The notes below the pieces were generated by a model. The model had not been told where the DNA came from and made no database searches. It saw only the letters and a list, made by a program, of their open reading frames with translations. A program made the position numbers and the translations under genes. This document shows, in pieces, positions 11,734 through 22,415 of a stretch of 64,000 nt of DNA. Origin of the DNA: Selaginella moellendorffii (taxonomy: Eukaryota > Plantae > Lycopodiophyta). The number at the start of each line of letters is the position of its first letter. Position 1 is the stretch's first letter. Where the stretch lies: the NCBI RefSeq assembly GCF_000143415.4, contig NW_003314326.1, positions 995,575 through 1,059,574 of the forward strand, read 5' to 3'.

Positions 11734-13352
11734 TATAAATGACTAATTTTTCCATTCTACTTTAGTTACTTAACCGGACCTCCGACCACTTGGAGGAGTC
11801 TCATTCACAACCTCCATAAGTCCCATTTAGAATTGGGGCTTGCTAGCCCCGCGAATGGCATCCACGCCACTCAACTTTTGCACTTGGTCCAAGTGCTCCA
11901 CGTGTCCGATCCCTTGACAGACACCCCAAGGCACCACCAACATACCAGCCCGTTACGCTAGGCCATGCCTAATCACCTTGGTCACATCGGTGGTCTAACA
12001 CCACCTGCATTGCAATCCCGTCTCTCCAAGACTGGGCTATCCGTCCATGAGTGGTCATCCCAAATCCACTCCTTAGCATCTTTAGGATGCCCGTAGACAT
12101 GGGAAATAGCCTTCCCCAATATCTCCTTTCCGGTCCCCACTAAGTCCCTTCTTGTCCATGGCCGTGTTCACCAACACTGCCATTGGATCAAGGCCCACAG
12201 GCCTGACCTCTAAGTCCCATTATCCTTTGGGACTTCCTCACCATGTGACTGTATCCTTGGTCACTGCACTAAAGGACTGTTCCTCTTCCCTTTCACCGTT
12301 TGGGACTTTGGGACAACATTTCGGAACACTGTGGCCTTACGCAAGCCTCATGGGTACTCTCCCCGCCTTTCGCCTTTAGGTGCTCTAGCCATGGGCTTAG
12401 AGCGAGGTTCCGTTGAGCCATGACAGATATCCAAGTAGGTAGTGCCACCCACACTTGGGCTGGGAGCATCGGCCAGTCGATCTCCCGGGGGAACTAGGGT
12501 TGGCTCTTGAACACTTCACCAAGCTACCCCGCTTGTCGGTTTGTGTTCACTCTAGTCTTGGACTCCCCAGTGGGCAGCTCATCACCCAACACTGGGTCCG
12601 GCCTTCCTGGGCCAAACTAGCCTTTCCTGGCCAAACTGGCTCCACTGTAGTCCTCCCCCTACTATACTTTTGGAGCTCACCAAACCCCCCAAGGTCTGGG
12701 AGACGAACGCTTTGGGCTTTCACCCTCTCAGACTCAAACTCGGACTCGGCCTCGGACTCGGACTTGGACTCGGACTCGGACTCAGACTCAGACTCGGACT
12801 CGGACTCGGCCTCAGCCTCGGTCTCGGTCTCGGTCCCGATCTCGGTCTCGGTCCCGGTCTCAGTCTTGGTCCCGGTCTCGACTTCGGACTCCATCTCGGG
12901 TCCATCTCGGACTCCATCTCAGACTCCATCTCGGGTCCATCTCGGGTCCACCTCGAACTCCATCTCGGACTCCACCTCAGACTCCATCTCGGGTCCTTCT
13001 CGGACTCCATCTTGGACTCCATCTCGGGTCCATCTTGGGTCCCATCTCGGGTCCCATCTCGGGTCCATCTCGGGTCCATCTCAGACTCCATCTCGGACTC
13101 CATCTCGGGTCCATCTTGGACACTTCCACGTGTCATGTGTTGGTCCTTTTGGGTCCCTTTTTGGAGCCTCACTTATTGCTCTCTTTGTGCTTGTTCCTCG
13201 AGCACTTCATTGGGAGTTCCACTCCCGCTCTCGACCTTTCAAGGCGGAGCTTCTAATCCAAATGTGTTACGCTCGTTTGGCTTTCGCTTCGGCCACTACC
13301 ACGTGGTGCCCCTCCGGCTCCACTTTGGGGCCTAGGGATTTTGTGTCTCACA
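11734..13352 (-). mobile_element. Solo LTR of family A
   Basis: Full-length match to the other A LTRs. TSD CTTAC (11729-11733 / 13353-13357). Empty site visible in the intact B LTR at ~59811-59830. Confidence 0.92.
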
Positions 13353-14478
13353 CTTACCTCGTCTATTCAATCACCATTGTTTTGGGCTTAGTTAGGTTCC
13401 CTTGCCAAGGTTCCCGCTTATAGTACTAGCTCCTACTTGGTTTTAGCTACTCACTACACAAATAACAAGGTGTTACTCATCCATTCACGGATTCCCAAAT
13501 TCACTCCTAATCCCCCTATAGACTTAAGGTTTGGCTACACTCCCCATAAGCATAAGCAGCTAAGCACACCAAGCTTCCAAGTTCTTAACATCCCTTGATA
13601 CTAAGACTTGATCATAGGACTCTAAATCTTAAGCTTTGGGTGTATCATTTGCTTCAAGAATCCAAGGGGAAACACTGTGGCCTAATGGCATAGTATGGGT
13701 ACCCTTACTCCTGAACTTCCTAGAAAGGGGTGAGGACTAATAAGCCGCATGGTACTCAAGTGGGGCATCACTCTATATGAGCCAGGAGCATTGTAGTTGA
13801 TTTCCCTTTTAAGAGTGGAAGCTGCTCTTGAGCACTTTCTTATGTGTTCTCTCTAGCACCACCCACCGCTCACTCCCACCCGAGGCCCCTAACCCCTAGT
13901 CTTAACCTCAAGCTAGTTTGAAAGCACCACTGAAGATTTCCTTCAAGATTAGTTTCTAATCTCACTATCCTTACTATACTTTTGGAGCCCCCTACAGCAC
14001 CCCCCCCCCTTCGTCTTTGTTGGATAAATGCTTTGGGCTATTACCCCACGACTTGTATTAGTATTTGAACTTGGTCTTGGACTTGATCTCGGGCTTGATC
14101 TTGGACTTGACTTTGGACTCGGTCTCAAACTCGATCTCAGACTTAGTCTTGGACTTGATTTTAGATCTCAAAATTGGTTTTGAACTTGGTCCCAGACTCT
14201 ATCTCGAATTCGGTCTTAGAGTTGATTTCGGACTCGATCTCAGACTCGGTCGTAAACTAGGTCTTGGAGTCGGTCTTGGACTTAATCTCAAACTCAGTCT
14301 CATTCGATAAATTCTTTATCATTTTGATTGTGGTTTCAAGGATCCTTTAGCCTATGACACCTTGGGGAGTTGACCTCCCTAACCAAGAGCTGATAATAGG
14401 ATATAGGTGTCCCACCCCGCCCTAGTATAGGGTTGGGACTTAAACCTAGCCTTGCTTTATTAAAGGGTTGGGACTTGA

Positions 14479-15146
14479 TGTAGCACACTCTATCTCTCTC
14501 CTTTTAAGCCAATTGGAAAAAGGGCAATTGCTTGATGAGAGAGCCTTTAGTGGCTATTTTTATCCCCATTTATCCCTCAAGGTTCCAAGGATTCATGGTG
14601 ACAGTACATCCAAATTGATCATATACACTACACTCACCCCCCCTTCAAATATGTTAATGTCCTCATTGACTATTGACTAACAATACCTATTGAGCCACAT
14701 GGAATATTTGGTTTACACAATTGAAGGATTGGTATATTTAATGTGGAAATGGAGGTGCTGGTTCCCCATGTGAGGCAACTAATCATCTACCTGTACTGCA
14801 ATCCCACTATGGATACTATTGTCCCTAGATGCTCCACCAAGAGGAAGGACGTATGCATGGATGCTCAATACATACGATTTCAAATTTAGAGGTAGAAATA
14901 TACCTTACTTAAGGGTATACTATATTTTTTAAGTAACCACTAATCAATGGGAATGGAACCCGTGCTATTTCCTTTGATACCACATGTAGCACACCCTATT
15001 TCTCTCTTCTTAAGCCAATTGGAAAAAAGGCAACTGTTTGATAAAAGAGTCCTTAATGGTTATTTTTTCCCCATTTAACCCTCAAAATTCCAAGGATCTG
15101 TGGTGATAATATATCCAAATCTCATTCCATGATCATATGTGCTACA
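14479..15146 (-). mobile_element. TRIM family E, copy 1
   Basis: ~160-bp LTRs bounded by TGTAGCAC..GTGCTACA. PBS GATACCA at ~14976. TSD CTTGA/CTCGA. Confidence 0.82.
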
Positions 15147-15685
15147 CTCGAACCCAACCTCCGTAGTATACAACTACGGATTTGACATCCCTGCAGGGAG
15201 TCGGGCATAGTTACTTATGGCTGGTCGATCTAGTTAACCCATGCTAATTAGCTTACCTTTGGCACGCCTTTGGGCCCCAACATATGATATTGTTTAATTT
15301 CACAAATGGATACTTTAATTGAACTTTGTATAAGTATATAGGGTTTTACCTTTACACTAAATCTCGCATTCACTAAGTTCTCCTTCAGTTCCCATATTGC
15401 TTTGCAATGTGGAAATCTTTTCCACTTCATATAAAACTCCCTCACTTTGTCTTTGTCACTTACTCTTGCAAGAATTGAGGATGGCCTCGACCTTGTATTC
15501 CTCTTCCCCTTGGATAACCTCAAGTAAAGGTCTTACTTGGTCCTTGTGAAGTAAATTTTCAAAGTACAGTTTAAGTAAGTTCATGTGGAACATAAAGTGT
15601 ATCTTTCCTATCTCTTGAGGAAGTTAGAGGTGGTAAGCCACTTTACCAATTCGAGCCTCAATCTCATAAGGCCCGTCAAACTTGC

Positions 15686-16631
15686 TGTAGTGCATGTGGT
15701 TTTCACCCTTTATCCTATAGTGATTTACCATAGGATAACCATGAAGTAGAACCTAAACCCTTCATGTGCCATGTGTCACATACCACATGCCACATGCCAT
15801 GTGTCCCCAAGGCCAATGGAGTGGAACCTGAGTTTCAGGGCCTTAAGCCACTGAATGAAGGAATAAGGCCAAACTTCTAAGCATGAAGCTAAGAAGTGAT
15901 AGAATTGGAGCACAGAGCAACTCTTGAGCATTCAGCCCAAGGAGCAAAGGGATAGGAGCACAGAGTGACTTGGAACAGTCTTAAAGTATATAACATCTCA
16001 ATGCTAAAACTAACATGCAAAATAGAGCCAAATGGAGTTTGGCGTTACTTTAGCATATTAGTGGCCTAACACAAGGATATTGGTACTCCACTAGCTAATA
16101 TGGAATGGAACTTGGGCTTAGACACAAGCTAAACACAAAATAAAGATAAGCATGCAAGCGGGAGCTAAACTATACCTTAATTGGTCAGCCATGCCCAATT
16201 TACCCACTATTCCTACTATATATTGTGAACCCTCTAGCCATCCTTAGTACCAGGAGTTAATCTCTAAGACTAGCTCAAAACTTATTAAATCTGGAATAGT
16301 GCTAGATTATGAATTTGGGTATGGGACAAATAACATTGTGTTCAGGACAATTTCTACATTTTGTAGATATGCCAATTTAAGACAATTTCCATAAATAACA
16401 ATGAGAATCGAATGGTACTAATATAAAGTGCATGATAGTGAGGGTGTTTAGTAGACATGGTAAGCTATCATCTGGCGATATTGAGGGACTCTTAATACAC
16501 GAGGGTTCTTGTCAAATCAGTGCAAGATAGAGCAAAAAAGAACTAAAAGCTAGGCCAACAGCCTAAGGAAAGAATATCTAAAAGGACTAGCCAACAGGTA
16601 ATTTTTGATATCCACAATCACATTCGCAACA
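15686..16631 (-). mobile_element. LTR of family D (3' LTR, followed by PPT and AT-rich internal region to ~18420)
   Basis: TG..CA termini. CTCTCCCCCCCTT (minus-strand PPT) immediately after. Homologous to 61234-61697 and 62680-63438. Confidence 0.65.
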
Positions 16632-16744
16632 CTCTCCCCCCCTTAAGGAAGATTAATATCCTTGTTGATGCATACTTTAGTTTAGAACACCACCAAGAGA
16701 AAAACTCCAAAAAAAATTCACAGTATTCACACTTTGTGAGAAAT

Positions 16745-17341
16745 TGTAAGTAATCAAAAGGAACGACTCGAGAGGTGATTTATAAAGGTTTAAATATAAA
16801 AGGAAAGGGCCCATGAACAAGAGTGCACCCCTTTTTTCAATTGGTTAATGGTTTTAGGATATTTAGGGTTAAGTGTCTTTAGGTTTGAATAGTACTGGGT
16901 TGAGACTTCCCGGGAAGTCTAAATTCAAGGAGCTTACATTTGTTATTAAAGTGGTCTTGAGTCCGACTCTATTGGTTGGCTAGGAAAATTGCACCACATA
17001 TTGATTGATATCTGGCAAGGGTCCAATATGCTCTGGCTGGGTTTGACCCGAAGGGTAGGGTGTCAAGAGAGCGGGGCTCTTGGGAGAGCTGTGGCTCTCA
17101 GCTTCCATTCACAAGGGCGTGAACTTGCAAGGAAATATGGTGGATTATAAGCAACCAAAGAGAACGACTCAAGAGGCGATCCATAAAGGTTTAAATATAA
17201 ATGGAAAGGGCTTATAAACAAGAGTGCACCCCCTTTTTCAATTGGTTAAGAGTCTTGGGATATTTGGGGTTAAGCTTCCTTGGGTTTAAATAATACTGGG
17301 TTGGGTGACCTCTTGGGAAGTCTAAATTCAAGGAGCTTATA
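16745..17341 (+). mobile_element. Cassandra-type TRIM, copy 2
   Basis: LTRs 16745-16938 and 17146-17341. TSD GAAAT (16740-16744 / 17342-17346). 5S-like GGTTAAG..TTGGG..TACTGGGTTGGGTGACCTC..GGGAAGTC at ~16867-16919 and ~17268-17322. Confidence 0.87.
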
Positions 17342-18456
17342 GAAATACACCAACTTAAATGAATTAGAAGATAACTTCTTTCTCTAACACAAATGCGCTA
17401 CCAATTTAAACACCTTTTGGCCATTGCCAACAAGGAAATAACCAACGGAGTTAGCCACCCTTGCTACTCTAGGTGTCATCCAGCTTACAAAAGTGTGATA
17501 CACCCTTACCTGTATGGATATAGAGAGAGAAGCCAAAGGCCCCAACCTTTATGAGCAAAAAAACCAAACCTGTTGGTAAAGTTTAGATAGACTGCTGTAA
17601 ATAGGTATTGAGAGTTGTTTACAAGATTACACCTTTTTAAATAAAATAATGAACATCAACAAAGAGGTTGCTGTGATCAGTTTACAGTAGCTACCCCATG
17701 ACTAGAGATTTCACCATATATACGAAGTGTCGAAGCTAGTTTGTTTATATTGGCCAAAACCCAAAAATCAATAAATAGACAATAAAGACAATGATATCTA
17801 AGAGACTAAATTATCAGTAAATAAATTTTAGATTAGAACACAAAAGTATTCCAAGTAAGTTATCATCCAATAAACCAGAATTATAGTATAGGAACCATCA
17901 AGATCATTATAATTTGGAAAACATAGGATTTAACATCCAATAAAATTCAATAGCAAATGTATTATAGAGAAAACTCAATAAAGCTTAACTACCAAAGATT
18001 GCAAATAGCATAACAAACAACTTACAAAAAACAACTAAAAGAACATAAAGTATTATTGATAGATAAAGAAAATATTCACGAATGTATCACTTAAAAGAAA
18101 TAACATCCAATTTAATAGAACCAATTATAGCAATAATCAATAGAACAAAAGGAATGTTGCAAAGACCAACAAACACAATATTCATGCCAATCTGATTAGA
18201 TCCTAATCAACAATACTAATGAACTTAAGTGTTTTAAGTAAGAGTCAATAACATCCTACTGATGTTTCAAACCCAAAAGACCAATCCAAAGTAAATCACA
18301 AAGAATATGTAGTAATGTAGAAAGCTAAAAGCTATCAAAGAGAATAACTAATTATCACGAAAGATCATCAATCATCTTATCGATAGATAGATGTATAATC
18401 ATCATCGAAGAAATAATCCACCCTCCCCCCCCCCCTCTCGAGACACATGTTCTGGG

Positions 18457-19039
18457 TGTAAGCTTCTGAATTTGTACTTCCCAGCCCAGTATTATTCAAA
18501 CCCAAGGACGCTTAACCCTAAATATCCCAAGACCCTTAACCAATTGAAAAAAGGGGTGCACTTTTATTCATGGGCCTTTTCTCTCTATATTTGAACCCTA
18601 TGGATCATCTCTTGAGTCATTCCCTTTGGTTGCTTACAATCCACCATGCTTCCCTGCAAGTTCACGCCCTCATGAACGGAAGCTGAGAGTTGCAACTCTC
18701 CCAAGAGCCCCACTCTCTTGACACCCTACCCCTCAGGTCGAGCCCAGTGGGAGCAAACTGGACCAGCCAAATGTCAATCAACATGTGGTGTGATTCCCCT
18801 AACCAACCAACAAAGTCGGACCCAAAACTTGGCTTTGATACTAAATGTAAGCTCCTGAATTTGTACTTTCCGGGAGGTCACCCAGCCCAATACTATTCAA
18901 ACCCAAGGACTCTTAACCCCAAATATCCCAAGACCCTTAACCGATTGGAAAAGGGGGTGCACTCTTGTTCATGGGCCCTTTCCCTCTATATTTGAACCCT
19001 ATGGATCGTCTCTCGAGTCGTTCCCTTTGGTTGCTTACA
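18457..19039 (-). mobile_element. Cassandra-type TRIM, copy 3, inserted in the B2 LTR
   Basis: LTRs 18457-18638 and 18846-19039. TSD CTGGG/TTGGG. Best 5S match at 18864-18918 (minus). Confidence 0.87.
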
Positions 19040-22000
19040 TTGGGCTTTCACCCCATGACCTGTATTAGTATTCAGACTTGGTCTCGGACTCAATCTCAGA
19101 CTTGACTTCAGACTCAGTCTCGAACTCGATCTTGGACCCAACCTCGGACTCTGTCTCGAACTCAACCTTGGACTCGGTCTCGAACTTGATTTTGGGTCTC
19201 AGACTTGGTCTCGAATTTGGTCTCGGACTTGGTCTCAAACTTGGTCTCGGAGTCGGTCTCAGACTCGATCTTCGACTCGGTCTCATCCGATGAACTCTTT
19301 ACCATTCCAGTCATGCTTTCAGGGATCCTTTAGCCTTCAACACCTCGGGGAGTTGGTTCCTTACAACTCCATCACCCATAGAAGAAGTTCGATGCCCACA
19401 TCAAACGCCTTTTATTAATCCTACGACTTGTTGACCATATTTCTAGGGGCATCCCCCCACTTAGCGGTATGCCTAAGTTAGCCTCCCTAGCCAAGAGCCT
19501 ATGATAATGGAATATAGGTGTCTCTATACCCCTCCCCTCACCACGCCCTAGTATGGGGATGGGACTTGAACCCAGCTTTGCTTTACTAGAGGGTTGGGAT
19601 TTGAACCCAACCTTCGTAGAATACGTCTACAGATTCGACATCCCCACACGAAGTCAAGTATAGTTCTTTACACTTGTTTGATTTAGTTAACCTATGCTAA
19701 TTAGCTTATCTTTAGTGCGCCTTAGAGTCCCAACATACGACATTGCTCCATTTCTCAAATAGTATAGGACCTTCAATAGCTCGCCCATTGATGACTTTCC
19801 ATAGACTCATCTTGATACTCAAGTTGTAAGCGACTAAATTTTCCATTCTACTTTAGTCACTTAACCACACCTCCGACCACTTGGAGGAGTCTCATTCACA
19901 ACCTCCATAAGTCCAATTCAAGACTTGGGACTTGCTAGCCCCGAGAATGGCATCCATGCCACTCAACATTTGCACTTGGTCCTAGTGCTCCACGTGTCTG
20001 ATCCCATGACCGACACTCAAAGGTACCACCGACATGGTAGCTTGTTACGCTAAGGCCATGCCCAATCACCTTTGCCACACTGGTGGTCCAATACCACTTG
20101 CATCACAGTCTTGGCTCTCCAAGACTAGGCAAACCATCCGTGAGTGGTCATCTCAGATCCACTCCTTAGCATCCTTAGGATGCCCACCGACAAAGGGAAT
20201 AGCCTTCCCCAATATCCCTCTGTCAGTCCCCACTAAGTCCCTTTCTGCCCTTGTCCGTGTTTGCCAACACTACCACTAGATTGAGGCCCACAGGCCCGAC
20301 CACTAAGTCCCACGGTCCTCTGGGACTTCCTCACCACACGACTGTGTCCTTGGTCACTGCCCCAGAGGACTGCTCCTCTTCCTTTCCACATTCTGGGCCT
20401 TTGGGACAACATTTCGGAACACCGGGGCCTTACGCGAGCCACCTGGGTACTCCCCCCGCCTTCCGCCCTTGGGTGCTCTAGCCATAGGCTTAGAGCGAGG
20501 TTCCGTTGAGCCACGCCTGGTATCCAAGTAGGTAGTGCCACCCACACTTGGACTGGGAGCATCGGCCAGTCGATCTCCCGGGGGAACTAGAGCCGGCTCT
20601 TGAACACTTCACCAAGCTACCCAGCTTGTCGGTCCGTGTTCACTCTAGTCTTGGACTTCCCAGTGGTCAACTCATCACCCAACACTGGGTATGGCCTTCC
20701 TGGGCCAAACTGGCCTTTCCTGGGCCAAACTGGCCCTTCCTGGCCAAACTGGTGTAAGCGACTAAATTTTCCATTTTACTTTAGATGCTCTATTTCGTTA
20801 AAGTGGGATTTATTCAGTAAAATGGGACTAGGTACAAATTTTCAAGTATTTGAAAATGACGTGAAATTATATGTTTTTTGTCCAGGGGCTAGACATATCT
20901 GGGGCATGGTGACTAGCGCGGTGACTTTGTGTCCAGACTGAGTCCATCTGGTTGTATAATAAATCTCATTGTCAAGGTGAACAAGCCGAATCTGAAGCTA
21001 AAGAAGAGCGATGGCATGCGCGCACACACTATTTGTTTGTTCATTGAGCGTGTGGTGAGCTTTCCAAGATGAACGTCATTCCTATTAGCCAGACATATAA
21101 CTTAATGGTGAGAACATTTAGATATTATTCAATGTTATCTTTTTCTAATGAATCTAATTGTGAAGGTGTAGCAAGAGGCATTGCTAGTCTGGAGAAGTCA
21201 TTTAACTCATTTGACCCTTAGTGTATTTTCATGAAACTAAATAACATTCATATTATTAAGGAATTTCTCTAGTACCTTTTATTTACGACATAGAGGCTTG
21301 CATTTCTTTCAAAGGTGATTTAGTAAAAGGCCTGAGGGCACATGCCATTCTATTTCTCAGACCGGTATTAAGATATACTAGTGCAAAGGGAAAAAGGTAT
21401 TTGGTGGTCAAGTAAATGGCATGAGGGCACACGCCATTATAAGCCTAAGCGCTAGTGGACACCTCCTTTTTGGTACTCTCAGCGGTACTATCATCCTTCT
21501 TTGGGTCAGTTGTTTTGCTTTGGATTGTTGTCTCTGACGTTACTAGGGCGTTCTCGATAGTTGTTAATGTTGCCGTTTGTTCAGAAAAATGATCACCTGG
21601 AGTATAGTACGGGGAGTTTGGAAGACTTATATATTCTACATCTTCACCTATCTCCTTCTCCATCTCCTTTTCTACCTCACTTATAAATTTTGTGCTTGCC
21701 ATGAGAACGGTCTTCACCCTAAAATATGGAGTTCGTTGTGTTATAAAAGGAAACCAACACACACGCTGCAAGGGAATGATGGTACATAAAGCACGTAAGC
21801 CCACAATATGGGTTTATGTGCCATTAATATGGGCCACACGCCATATTATTAGATTTATGCACGTGTGATTGGTAAATGCATATGTCACATCATCTTTGTT
21901 TTACCTCACACACTATATCAAGCCTAATGAACCATATCACATGTGCGCACATGCTATATATATGGAGAAGTATTATGCAAGGATAGAAAAATTCAATGCA

Positions 22001-22415
22001 TGATTGTGGAGAGCAATGGCATGAAGCCACATGCTAAATAACATTTTAGAGAAAGAATTAAAATAAAAACATGCAAACAGTACTGAGTGGACCAAGACTT
22101 AGAAGTGCACAATTGAATGAGGTATTTCTAATAAATATTTCACTCACCTCATATAGGAATGGCTACCACTCTCAAATGGCGTATCGCCTCATGCCATCAC
22201 CTCGCAATTTGTTATAACAATCCGATGAATTCATATTCGGCTTGTTCACCTTGAACTTTAAGTAAGATTTGCTAGAACAACTAAGAATTTATACTTGTTA
22301 TTTGTATCATCTCACCTAGGAATGGCGTAAGGCCACATGCCATCATGCCTCCTCTGATTCAGATTCGGATTGTTCACCTTGAAATAAAATACATTAGAAA
22401 CTTAGTAAAGGAATA

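Larger units (their letters stand above)
11694..15685 (-). mobile_element. Family-B chromovirus fragment B1 (3' LTR, 3' UTR, chromodomain/integrase end) with nested insertions
   Basis: LTR start TGTAAGCCACAAATTTT matches 59782. Chromodomain relic EFYMKWKRFPHCKAIWELKENL in ORF 15248-15523; SKFDGPYEIEARIGKVAYHL motif near 15630-15685. Confidence 0.8.

Noticed and set aside
17342-18420. AT-rich strand-biased stretch as a possible env-like or captured gene
   Set aside because: No ORF or motif I can recognise; treated as decayed family-D internal sequence.
18864-18918. 5S rRNA gene
   Set aside because: Only the ~55-bp internal control region is present, embedded in TRIM LTRs; there is no full 120-nt 5S.
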